Positions 40,437-49,738 of a stretch of DNA of 64,000 nucleotides are shown here, one piece after another. The translations under genes were made by a program, and so were the position numbers. The DNA is from an uncultured Rikenellaceae bacterium (GTDB lineage: Bacteria; Bacteroidota; Bacteroidia; Bacteroidales; VadinHA17). Location of the stretch: contig CAZXSW010000004.1 in assembly GCA_964642615.1 (NCBI GenBank), forward strand, positions 2,210 through 66,209, written 5' to 3'. The notes beneath the pieces are model-generated. The model worked only from the letters and a program-made list of their open reading frames with translations, did no database searches and was not told where the DNA came from. How positions within the stretch are numbered: position 1 is the first letter of the stretch; the number at the start of each line of letters is the position of its first letter.

Positions 40437-41462
40437 CTATCGCGGGTTGTATTTTGCTTTCTCAACAATCAGCTGAACATCTGTCATATTCAACAGATCT
40501 TCCAGGGATGTGCCCGGATTCCGCTCCATAAACGATTCAGCGATCCTGTATCCCAGCCATACTGCTGCCCTTCCTGGAGATTCATTTGTGAAAAATGATG
40601 TAAAGGGAGCCTCTCCTGTAAGCTTTCTTACAGTGAACTGGTCTGTTTTGAAAAGCAGATCATTTTCAACAAGGTACTGCCACATCTGACCTTCATTGTT
40701 CCTGCAGAATTTAATCTGATCGGAGGTAAACCCGAAAAGGATCTCTTCAGATAGTCCGGGCAGCATGGATCTTAGATAATACTTGAGTTTCCCTTCATGA
40801 ATAAGAGCTGAGAGAACGGTCTCCGACGGATAACCCATGTCGGGATAATACCATTCTGAGGCTCCCCAGCCATAAACGGCATCAGGAACAACATATTCAG
40901 GAGTCATCCTGGCCGAAAGGTAACTGTAGATCATTAACCTGGGATAATAGCTGCAGTCGGCACCCAGATAACGGTCGAGACTGATACCCAGGACTGAATC
41001 GCCGGCAATAATGCTGCTGTTGAACCCTGTGATGCAGGTATAAACAGAGGGGACCACCCTGCCGGGGAAATAATGATGGTAACGGCTGAAAGCTTCTTCA
41101 AGGCCATCTTCAATCGCAGTAACATCTGGATAGAGCTTCATAACCTCGGCATATACTTCATTATTCAGCCTGTCGGTAACAAAGACGGTAAGATAGTCGC
41201 CAAAATCAGGATCATTTATATCACCTGTATTTATAACATTGCTGAACAACTGCAGAAAGGCAGGGTATTTTTCCTTTAACCCGGCGACCTGCTCACTCAC
41301 CAGTCCCGGGTCATTAATAAAGAGATCCTCCTCAAGCCTCATGATCTCAAGTTCAGCATGCTCGCCTGAGATATTGATCCTGAAACGGTCTCTTTTACAC
41401 GAAAGTATCAAAACACCCGCCACTGCCAGGGTAAGGAGAAGACTGAATGTCTTTATTTTCAT
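40437..41462 (-). CDS. gldB: Gliding motility lipoprotein GldB-like
   Basis: Lipobox ILSC from ATG 41462; VSLDRYLG, LIHEGKLKY, NEGQMWQYLVEN, ESPGRAAVWLGYRI. Confidence 0.8.
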   Translation of the reverse strand: MKIKTFSLLLTLAVAGVLILSCKRDRFRINISGEHAELEIMRLEEDLFINDPGLVSEQVAGLKEKYPAFLQLFSNVINTGDINDPDFGDYLTVFVTDRLNNEVYAEVMKLYPDVTAIEDGLEEAFSRYHHYFPGRVVPSVYTCITGFNSSIIAGDSVLGISLDRYLGADCSYYPRLMIYSYLSARMTPEYVVPDAVYGWGASEWYYPDMGYPSETVLSALIHEGKLKYYLRSMLPGLSEEILFGFTSDQIKFCRNNEGQMWQYLVENDLLFKTDQFTVRKLTGEAPFTSFFTNESPGRAAVWLGYRIAESFMERNPGTSLEDLLNMTDVQLIVEKAKYNPR

Positions 41463-41564
41463 CCGTAAATAATTTATTTTTAAAGGTTGGATGGAACCAC
41501 ACATGATTGATAATGAACAAGATTCATATTATTTTGTGATTTGGTTCAATCATGTGGGTTTCAT
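41463..41564 (-). repeat. Dispersed element, copy B, abutting the gldB ATG
   Basis: Matches copy A; core 41491-41564 has arms ATGGAACCACACATGATTGA / TCAATCATGTGGGTTTCAT. Confidence 0.9.
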
Positions 41565-41613
41565 AAGTAAATGTTTTAATGTTTATGGTCTGATAGCCTC
41601 CTGCATTAAGCCC

Positions 41614-41678
41614 GGGAATCCACATATTTGAAAAATCATTTTAAAAGTGTTTATGTTATCATAAAATGTGGGGTTCAT
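41614..41678 (-). repeat. Dispersed element, degenerate copy D (tandem to B)
   Basis: Minus strand ATGAACCCCACAT...TCAAATATGTGGATTCC resembles both arms of B. Confidence 0.55.
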
Positions 41679-41849
41679 ATTTCAGTTTTTCTGAGTCAAA
41701 AATAGGTACTTTTTTATTCACCTCCGGAAATAAACGAATTCTTTACTTCCATTATTATTTACTAATTTTACAACTGTGTATTCGGATGCACCAGAAAAAG
41801 CCGGATTTCTTAAAGCGAATCTGATGCTATTAACAAAAAACTGACTGTC

Positions 41850-42521
41850 ATGAAGAAGATTATTCTTTCATTTTCTCTGATTCTCCTGATAGCAACAACC
41901 GTTGGAAAAGCTCAGGATTACAGGTTCGGCATATATGCCAGCCCGATGATATCGTGGTTCAGTCCGGATGTTTCAGAGATAAACAATGAGGGTGCCAGGG
42001 CAGGCTTCAGCTTCAGTTTTATGTATGAGAGGATGTTTACTGATAATTACTCGCTGGTTGCAGGTGTAAACCTTATAAGCTCCGGAGGAAGACTTGCAGG
42101 CAGGGAAAAGTTCACATTCGAATTCCCTTCTTTTACACGACAGATAGGAGCTGATACTTCAATAATCTACAGGATTCAGTATTTCTCTGTGCCGGTAGGG
42201 CTGAAACTCAAGACAAATGAGATTGGTTATCTTACATATTTTGCCGACCTTGGAGTCGATCCGAAGATGGCTGTCAGAGGCAGGGTAGACATTCCGGCGA
42301 TAGATATCGAAGGAGAAAGAGCCATGTCGGAGATCAAAAGATTCAATTTTGGCTGGCATATAAATGCAGGCATCGAATATGCCCTGGGCCTTGAGACCTC
42401 GGCTATCCTGGGGCTTGGATTCGAAAACAATTTCTTCGATGTCACAAAAGACAACAGGGATCAGCCAAAAGACAAGACCTCCCAGAAAATGCTCAAGTTC
42501 ATTTTCGGGGTGAACTTTTAA
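41850..42521 (+). CDS. Outer-membrane beta-barrel protein (PorT/OMP_b-brl-like)
   Basis: Signal peptide ending AQD; YFSVPVGLKLKT; terminal GVNF. Confidence 0.82.
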   Translation: MKKIILSFSLILLIATTVGKAQDYRFGIYASPMISWFSPDVSEINNEGARAGFSFSFMYERMFTDNYSLVAGVNLISSGGRLAGREKFTFEFPSFTRQIGADTSIIYRIQYFSVPVGLKLKTNEIGYLTYFADLGVDPKMAVRGRVDIPAIDIEGERAMSEIKRFNFGWHINAGIEYALGLETSAILGLGFENNFFDVTKDNRDQPKDKTSQKMLKFIFGVNF

Positions 42522-42532
42522 TGTGTTTTTAA

Positions 42533-44182
42533 ATGAAAATTACTCTTGCTCAGCTAAATTACCATATAGGGGATTTTGAGGGGAACGGCAATCTTATTAA
42601 AAATGCCATACGGAAGGCTAAAAATGAGGGATCGGAACTTATCATCCTTTCCGAATTATGTATCCCCGGCTATCCTCCGCTTGACCTTCTCGACCGAAAG
42701 GATTTTATCGAAAAATGCCGCCTGGCCGCCGAAGATATTGCTTCAGAATGCTATGGCATCACAGCCGTCGCCGGATGCCCGGTAGCGAATCCGGGAACTG
42801 AGGGTAAGAAACTCTTCAACAGCGCACTGGTACTTTCCGAAGGAAAAGTTACCTTCTCCGTCAGCAAGGCATTGCTCCCTACTTACGACATCTTTGACGA
42901 ATACCGTTATTTCGAACCCGAAAAGATTTTCAGTCTTTTCAGCTTTAAAGGACTTAAGATCGCCCTTACCATTTGCGAGGACCTCTGGGATGAGCAGCCT
43001 TTTGACAATGAGTTTGAAAAATCGAGGCTTTACACGGTCTCACCAATGGAAGAGCTCTCAAAACTTGATCCTGATCTAATAGTAAACATTGCAGCCTCAC
43101 CTTTCGCGTATACCAAGGTTGAAGCAAGGCAAAACATTTTCAGGGACAAGGCCATTAAGTATGGTATCCCCGTGATATCTGTCAACCAGACGGGTGCCAA
43201 TACCGAACTTCTCTTTGACGGTGCCTCCATTGTTGTCGACAGGCAGGGAAAAATATTCAGGAGGCTGCCCTTCTTCGGTGAAGCCGTCGAGACTTTTGAA
43301 CTCGACGACCTTATGAATGGGCGGGGACATACTGATTCTCCTGTGCCGGAAACCATTTCTTTAATTTACAAGGCTCTTACGACTGGAATAAGAGATTATT
43401 TCAGAAAATCGGGTTTCAGCAAATGTATACTCGGCCTTTCGGGAGGAATGGATTCGGCAATTTGTCTCTGCCTTGCCGCTGATGCCCTCGGGAAAGACAA
43501 CGTGAGAGCCGTCCTCATGCCTTCCCGTTATTCGTCGGAACACTCGGTCACTGACTCTGTCGACCTTGCACTGAACCTGGGGATCCACTATGATATAATA
43601 AATATAGAAGAACCTTTCAGTGCCTTCACCGATGTACTGGCCCCTGTTTTTAAAGGCAGCAAAGAAGATGTTACAGAAGAGAATATTCAGGCCCGGATAA
43701 GGGCTGTTATTCTTATGGCTATTTCCAACAAATTCGGATGTATGCTTATAAATACATCAAACAAGAGCGAGGCAGCCGTCGGTTATGGTACCCTTTACGG
43801 CGATATGGCAGGAGGAATCTCTGTGATCGGCGATGTCTACAAGACAGATATATACAAACTTGCTTCATATATAAACAGGAACAGCCAGGTAATACCGCTT
43901 AACATAATAAATAAACCTCCATCGGCCGAACTGCGGCCCGGACAACTCGATACAGACTCTCTCCCCCCCTATTCAGTTCTCGACCCCATCCTTTATCAGT
44001 ATATTGAACTGCTGCGCCCTGCAGGCCTGATAGAGACTGATGCTGATCCCTCCCTTGTTGCCAGGATTATCAGGATGGTAAATAACAATGAGTACAAGAG
44101 ATACCAGGCCCCCCCTATACTTCGGATCTCGTCCAAAGCCTTCGGCGACGGCAGGAAGATGCCCCTTGTGGCCAGATATTGA
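42533..44182 (+). CDS. nadE: Glutamine-dependent NAD+ synthetase
   Basis: Nitrilase domain (ELCIPGYPP, ICEDLW) + LGLSGGMDS, ENIQARIR, NKSEAAVGYGTLYGD, KPPSAEL. Confidence 0.96.
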   Translation: MKITLAQLNYHIGDFEGNGNLIKNAIRKAKNEGSELIILSELCIPGYPPLDLLDRKDFIEKCRLAAEDIASECYGITAVAGCPVANPGTEGKKLFNSALVLSEGKVTFSVSKALLPTYDIFDEYRYFEPEKIFSLFSFKGLKIALTICEDLWDEQPFDNEFEKSRLYTVSPMEELSKLDPDLIVNIAASPFAYTKVEARQNIFRDKAIKYGIPVISVNQTGANTELLFDGASIVVDRQGKIFRRLPFFGEAVETFELDDLMNGRGHTDSPVPETISLIYKALTTGIRDYFRKSGFSKCILGLSGGMDSAICLCLAADALGKDNVRAVLMPSRYSSEHSVTDSVDLALNLGIHYDIINIEEPFSAFTDVLAPVFKGSKEDVTEENIQARIRAVILMAISNKFGCMLINTSNKSEAAVGYGTLYGDMAGGISVIGDVYKTDIYKLASYINRNSQVIPLNIINKPPSAELRPGQLDTDSLPPYSVLDPILYQYIELLRPAGLIETDADPSLVARIIRMVNNNEYKRYQAPPILRISSKAFGDGRKMPLVARY

Positions 44183-44290
44183 AAAATCGCCACAAGTGCC
44201 TGTGAGTGAATATGTTAAAAAATGTTAATTTCTTTTTTTTTCATTTCTTTTGCTAACTTTATATGTTTTTTAGCATAACATATTCGCAAA

Positions 44291-44989
44291 ATGTACAGAA
44301 ATCAGTATATCGAATCGTGCCTGGAGAACCAGACCTCACTTCTTAAAAACCTGAGTCAGAAGGAAAAAGAAATAATTTTGCTGCATCATTCCCATACTTT
44401 TTACAGGAAAGGTGAGCAAATAATCGAAGATGGGGAGAAGGCACGGGGCCTTATATATCTGGGATCAGGAAAGATAAAGATCTCCAGGATCGGAGTCGGC
44501 GGCCGTGAACAGATTCTCAGGATGGGCCGCCAGTATGGCTTCATGGGTTTCACCTATCTGTTTTCAGATTCTCCGTCACCATTTACTGTCTCAGCCGTCG
44601 AGGATTGTGATGTTATAATTATTGATAAGAATCCCCTTTTAAAGATCCTTAAGAAGAATGCCGAGCTTTGCCTTTTATTTATGAAGGAAATGTCGGAAGA
44701 GATTATCTATCTTAACAGCAGACTTGTATCTCTTACCCAGAAACATATAAGGGGCAGGATAGCTGAGTCTCTTCTTCAACTTCGCGATACCTACGGCACT
44801 GAACCCGATGGAAAAACAATCAGGGTAATGCTTTCGCGCGAGGATATTGCCCATCTTTCAAATATGACCACCTCAAATGCCATAAGAACTCTCTCAAATA
44901 TGGCATCAGAAAAGCTTATCCAGATTGAAGGACGAAGGATAATAATACTTAATAACACCAAGCTCGAGCATATCAGCGATCTTGGGTAA
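44291..44989 (+). CDS. Crp/Fnr family transcriptional regulator
   Basis: Cyclic-nucleotide-binding fold (GKIKI..GREQIL) and HTH LSREDIAHLSNMTTSNAIRTLS. Confidence 0.92.
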   Translation: MYRNQYIESCLENQTSLLKNLSQKEKEIILLHHSHTFYRKGEQIIEDGEKARGLIYLGSGKIKISRIGVGGREQILRMGRQYGFMGFTYLFSDSPSPFTVSAVEDCDVIIIDKNPLLKILKKNAELCLLFMKEMSEEIIYLNSRLVSLTQKHIRGRIAESLLQLRDTYGTEPDGKTIRVMLSREDIAHLSNMTTSNAIRTLSNMASEKLIQIEGRRIIILNNTKLEHISDLG

Positions 44990-44996
44990 GCAACTT

Positions 44997-47459
44997 CTAC
45001 TCCCTGAAAAAAATTCTTTTAACCCTGCCTGGTATTGAAGTAAGTATCTCATACGGGATTGTTTCTATTTTTGCGGCCATCTCCTCGATTGGCAGATTCT
45101 CGCCAAAGATTTCAGCCTCATCTCCCTCCACGGCTCCGATACCTGTAACGTCAACCATACACATATCCATGCATATGTTTCCGGTTAATGGGGCCATAGC
45201 TGATCTGATAAAAACTGAACCGTTCCTGTTACCCAGTTTCCTGTCGAGTCCGTCAGCATAACCCACGGGCAGTATTGCTATCAGCCGTTCATGATCAGCT
45301 ACATCCATACAGTTGTAGCCCACCGGTTCTCCCGCAGGGATTCTTTTAACCTGCGATATTCTCGTTTTAAACCTTCCTGCCGGCTTAAGTGAAATTCCTT
45401 CGTACTGCCCTACTCCGTATATTCCTATCCCGGGTCTCACCATGTCGAACTGATACTGAGGGAACCTTATTATTCCTGATGTATTGAGGATATGTCTCAG
45501 GAACGGATAACCTGTTGCCATTCGTATCTTTTCGGAAGCCTCAACAAATGTCTCAACCTGCCTGTGTGTAAAATGATCGAGTGCCGGTTCATCGGCAGCT
45601 GCAAGATGAGAAAGCACAGATACTATCCTTATAGAATCCCAGGAAGGTAACAACGATATGAGTTCATCAATGTCTTCGGGCAGGAATCCAAGCCGGTGCA
45701 TTCCCGTATCTATCTTTATATGAACCGGATAATTGACCAGTCCGTGACGCGAAGCGCAGTCAGCAAAGTTCCTGAGGGAGGAAAAGCTGAAGATCTCAGG
45801 CTCAAGATTATAATTTATAAGCTGATCTGCTGATGACGGATTGTGGTTCATAACCATAACCGGCAGGGTGACACCGGCTTCTCTCAGTTCCACCCCCTCG
45901 TCAGCATAAGCTACAGTTAAATAACTTACCCTGTGAAACTCAAGCAATGATGCTATCTCGGCCGGACCTGCACCGTAGGCAAAAGCCTTTACCATTGCCA
46001 TAATCCTTGTACCGTGACTTATGTACCTCCTTATCTCATTGAGATTATACGATATAGCATCCAGATTAATTTCAAGAACAGTGGTATGTGCCTGCTGTTC
46101 AAGCAGTCTGGCAATTTTCTCAAACTCATAAGCCCTTGCTCCCTTAAGCAGAATGACTTCGTTCCTGAATGAAGAAGTATTAAAGCTGTTTATAAACTCG
46201 TCGGTGGTATAGTAGAATTCAGCCCCGCTACCAAATAGGTTGTTGTTTCTCATAAGGGCCTGTCCTATCCCTACAAACCTGTCAACACCTGCGCTTTTAA
46301 CCAGGTCCGCAACCCCTGAATACAACTCCTTCTCATCCCTCCCGCTCTGGAGGAAGTCGGAAAGGATAAGTGCACTTCTCCTGTTGTTCTGCGATTTAAG
46401 GTATTCCAGGGCCATGCCAAGTGAACCCGGATCAGAGTTATAGTAGTCTTCTATAAGCTGGCAGTTATTGATCCCGTTCTTCAGTTCCATCCTCATAGCT
46501 ACAGGATTAAGTTCGGACAGTCCCTTTCCTATCAACTGCTTCTCAATGCCAATTGCCAGACATACCGTAAGTACTGATACTGCATTCTCGACTGAAGCCC
46601 TGTCGGTGAAAGGGATCTCATACAGCTCCGAAGATCCTTCGAAATGTACCTGCAGGACTGTCCTTCCCCTGTCCTTTTCACTGCGTTCCACATACACCCT
46701 TGCATTGCTGTCGGAGAATGACCAGTCGTAAATGGCTTTCGAAGCTGAGGAAGCATCACCGGCAATCAGTTCACGTATCTCCCTTTGATCCCTGCAGTAA
46801 ATTATGGTTGAGGCATTTCTGAAAAGTTTAAGTTTTTCTGATGCTTTCATTTCGTGAGAAGGGAAATTCTCACCATGGGCCTCTCCAATATTAGTAATAA
46901 CCCCTATATCAGGATCTATAATTCTCTGCAACTTCTCCATCTCTCCAGGTTTCGAGATTCCGGCTTCGAAGATACCAAGCCGGAATCTGTCATCCAGTTT
47001 CCATACCGACAGGGGAACGCCAATCTGTGAATTATAGCTCCTGGGACTCCGGATAACAGGCATTGCCAGACCGGCTACATCGGCCAGCCACTCCTTAACT
47101 ATTGTTTTTCCTGTACTTCCGGTTACTGCAACTACCGGGTATCTGAATGACTTTCTCCTGCTCATGGCAACCTTCTGAAGCGCCTCAACACAGTTCCCGG
47201 TTACTATGAAGGCTGCTCCCTTAAATCGCTTAAGGCCGGGGGGTAATTTCTCAACCACAAAGATCCTTATTCCCTTATCATAAAGGTTTTCTATAAAACA
47301 GTGTCCGTCGTGATTGTTACCCCTGATGGCAAAAAAGGCCATCCCTTCCGTAATGCTTAACTGGCGGCTGTCGGTAAGAAGATCATTCACAGTCAAATCA
47401 GGCTCTCCTGATAACCGGCCACCGGTTATACCGGCAAGATCTGAACTTGAAATTTTCAA
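44997..47459 (-). CDS. alr: Bifunctional MurF / alanine racemase
   Basis: Mur ligase (VTGSTGKT, SYNSQIGVP, DYYNSD) fused to Alr (MVKAFAYGAG, KIDTGMHRLG, VRPGIGIYG, GYADG); fusion is typical of Bacteroidota. Confidence 0.95.
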   Translation of the reverse strand: MKISSSDLAGITGGRLSGEPDLTVNDLLTDSRQLSITEGMAFFAIRGNNHDGHCFIENLYDKGIRIFVVEKLPPGLKRFKGAAFIVTGNCVEALQKVAMSRRKSFRYPVVAVTGSTGKTIVKEWLADVAGLAMPVIRSPRSYNSQIGVPLSVWKLDDRFRLGIFEAGISKPGEMEKLQRIIDPDIGVITNIGEAHGENFPSHEMKASEKLKLFRNASTIIYCRDQREIRELIAGDASSASKAIYDWSFSDSNARVYVERSEKDRGRTVLQVHFEGSSELYEIPFTDRASVENAVSVLTVCLAIGIEKQLIGKGLSELNPVAMRMELKNGINNCQLIEDYYNSDPGSLGMALEYLKSQNNRRSALILSDFLQSGRDEKELYSGVADLVKSAGVDRFVGIGQALMRNNNLFGSGAEFYYTTDEFINSFNTSSFRNEVILLKGARAYEFEKIARLLEQQAHTTVLEINLDAISYNLNEIRRYISHGTRIMAMVKAFAYGAGPAEIASLLEFHRVSYLTVAYADEGVELREAGVTLPVMVMNHNPSSADQLINYNLEPEIFSFSSLRNFADCASRHGLVNYPVHIKIDTGMHRLGFLPEDIDELISLLPSWDSIRIVSVLSHLAAADEPALDHFTHRQVETFVEASEKIRMATGYPFLRHILNTSGIIRFPQYQFDMVRPGIGIYGVGQYEGISLKPAGRFKTRISQVKRIPAGEPVGYNCMDVADHERLIAILPVGYADGLDRKLGNRNGSVFIRSAMAPLTGNICMDMCMVDVTGIGAVEGDEAEIFGENLPIEEMAAKIETIPYEILTSIPGRVKRIFFRE

Positions 47460-47525
47460 AGATTTAATTATTAGATTGTTTTTTAATCCTCACCTGCCAT
47501 ACAAAATTATGATAAAGGGCTTTTA

Positions 47526-48113
47526 TTAACGGCCTTTTACAGCCTTATTGTAACAGAATCTGCAGAGAGGTTCGTATTTATTCTTTTCACCCAGCACCAC
47601 CAGTTGCTCCTCAGCTGATCTCCTGAAAGAATGGTTAGCCAGGTTCCCGCATCTCATGCAAACTGCATGCACCTTTGTAACATACTCGGCGACTGATAGG
47701 AGAAGAGGCATCGGACCAAAAGGGTTGCCCATAAAATCCATGTCAAGTCCGGCAACAATAACTCTTATACCATTATCTGCCAGTGCCTTACAAACATCAA
47801 CTATTGAATTGTCGAAGAACTGTGCCTCATCAATTCCAACAACGTTTACACCTCCTGAGAGCAAAAGAATTGATGAAGCATTTTCAACGGGGGTCGACAT
47901 TATAGATTTTTCATCATGCGACACTATCCTGTCTCCCGCGTATCTTTTATCGATCGATGGTTTGAAGATTTCTACCTTCAGTCCTGCAAACTGAGCCCTT
48001 CTGAGTCTTCTGATCAACTCTTCGGTTTTTCCTGAGAACATTGACCCGGTAATGACTTCAACAGAACCCCTTCTGACGCTTACATCCTGTGGATTTTCAA
48101 TAAATTCCATCAA
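47526..48113 (-). CDS. tdk: Thymidine kinase
   Basis: [31 protein letters not shown]. Confidence 0.96.
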   Translation of the reverse strand: MMEFIENPQDVSVRRGSVEVITGSMFSGKTEELIRRLRRAQFAGLKVEIFKPSIDKRYAGDRIVSHDEKSIMSTPVENASSILLLSGGVNVVGIDEAQFFDNSIVDVCKALADNGIRVIVAGLDMDFMGNPFGPMPLLLSVAEYVTKVHAVCMRCGNLANHSFRRSAEEQLVVLGEKNKYEPLCRFCYNKAVKGR

Positions 48114-48224
48114 TTTTATTGTCTTGTTCCGAATGCTAAATGTGATATTATTCCGTTATGTCATAAGGAATAATATTACTTTTGCAAAATAATGAAAATG
48201 GTTTGGTAAAACAGCAGTAAAAGC

Positions 48225-49019
48225 ATGGATTTAAGTACTTCAATAAGCATTATTATACAGGATCTCAACAGAGCCTGTGAAATTATAGATGATCTTAAAA
48301 ATTATCCGGGTGTTCCTCTCCTTCAGATTGAGCTGGCAAAGTCAAAGTGCAGAAGTGCTGCTGATGTGATTTCGCTGCTTCCTTCACTCGGAAAGGAAGG
48401 ATTTGCCCCGGAAAGCACCCCGTCGCCTGTAAATGAAGGTATTACCATTCATAAGAATGAAAATCAGGATGTTACGGCAGAAAAAATCAGTGTAATAACA
48501 GCTTCCGTCATCATCGAAGAACCTGTTCAGCCTTCACCCCGGGAAGAGGCAGTAATGGAAGCTGAAGAGCTTACAAACACGGAACAGCCTGTGGCAATGG
48601 TTACAGTGGCTGCCGGACAGTTTACAGGGAAGACTGAGGAAGTACCTTCAGAAGCTGACATGGTTAATTCATCAAATGGTTCAGGCATACTGGCCGATCA
48701 GTTCAACAACCTGTCGAAGTGCTTCAATGAGGAGCTGGGTAACATGAAGCATGAGGAAGACATTGCCGGGAAGCTCAGGAGCAAACCCCTCACCGACCTC
48801 TCGGATGCTATAGGAGTAAACGACCGCTTTGTGTTTATAAGAGAGATCTTCAACGGCAGCTACGAGAACTATGCCAGGGCAATATCTGAACTTAACACTG
48901 CCGGAAATATGTCGGATGCCCGAAAGGTCCTTACCGGCTATACAGGCAGTAAATCAGACAATGAGGCCGTCAGACAACTTATGGAACTGGTGAAACGCAA
49001 AATTCAGATCCATGGGTAA
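48225..49019 (+). CDS. Conserved hypothetical protein (helical ends, low-complexity acidic middle)
   Basis: Long ORF coupled to rsmI; C-terminal LSDAIGVNDRFVFIREIF domain. Confidence 0.7.
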   Translation: MDLSTSISIIIQDLNRACEIIDDLKNYPGVPLLQIELAKSKCRSAADVISLLPSLGKEGFAPESTPSPVNEGITIHKNENQDVTAEKISVITASVIIEEPVQPSPREEAVMEAEELTNTEQPVAMVTVAAGQFTGKTEEVPSEADMVNSSNGSGILADQFNNLSKCFNEELGNMKHEEDIAGKLRSKPLTDLSDAIGVNDRFVFIREIFNGSYENYARAISELNTAGNMSDARKVLTGYTGSKSDNEAVRQLMELVKRKIQIHG

Positions 49020-49686
49020 ACTGTTCCTTGTCCCTACCCCTATCGGTAATCTTAAAGATATCACCTTTCGGGCCGTTGAAATACTTGGAAAAGTCGACCT
49101 TATCCTGGCCGAAGATACAAGGGAGGCAAAAAAGCTCCTCGACCATTATAACATAAAGGCAGTTCTTCAGTCGCATCATATGTTCAACGAGCACCGGACC
49201 GTTGAAGGTATCTGTTCCAGACTTCTATCCGGAATCTCCGTGGCTCTTGTTTCCGATGCAGGAACCCCCGGGATATCTGATCCTGGTTTCCTTCTGGTAA
49301 GAAGCTGTGTTGAGAAAGGAATCCCGGTTGAGACCCTCCCCGGTCCTTCAGCCCTTATTCCCGCGCTTGTGAATTCAGGCCTTCCCTGTGAACGCTTCTG
49401 CTTTGAAGGATTCCTCCCTCCCAAAAAAGGAAGGAACAAAAGGCTTGCACGACTGCCTGAAGAAGACAGGACCATGGTCTTTTATGAATCACCTTACAGG
49501 CTGGTTAAAACACTGAGTGATCTGGCCCTTCATCTTGGAGGCGACCGCGAGGCTTCCGTGTCGAGGGAACTGACCAAACTCCATGAGGAAACAATCCGCG
49601 GATCGCTCACAGGCATTGCTGAACACTACACCGCAAATCCGCCAAAAGGTGAAATTGTGATTGTTGTAGCCGGGAAGAAAGATTAG
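49012..49686 (+). CDS. rsmI: 16S rRNA (C1402) 2'-O-methyltransferase
   Basis: VPTPIGNLKDIT, AEDTR, VSDAGTPGISDPG, FYESPYR, RELTKLHEE. Confidence 0.97.
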   Translation: MGKLFLVPTPIGNLKDITFRAVEILGKVDLILAEDTREAKKLLDHYNIKAVLQSHHMFNEHRTVEGICSRLLSGISVALVSDAGTPGISDPGFLLVRSCVEKGIPVETLPGPSALIPALVNSGLPCERFCFEGFLPPKKGRNKRLARLPEEDRTMVFYESPYRLVKTLSDLALHLGGDREASVSRELTKLHEETIRGSLTGIAEHYTANPPKGEIVIVVAGKKD

Positions 49687-49738
49687 TTTTAACGATAAGA
49701 AAAAAAAATTTACTTTCGCTCCTCCTTAAATTTTGCTT

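Noticed and set aside
41463-41678. Repeat copies as a CRISPR array
   Set aside because: Only two adjacent copies, degenerate and of unequal length; no regular spacers and no cas genes in the window.
44997-47459. MurF-Alr fusion as a novelty
   Set aside because: Well known and widespread in Bacteroidota.
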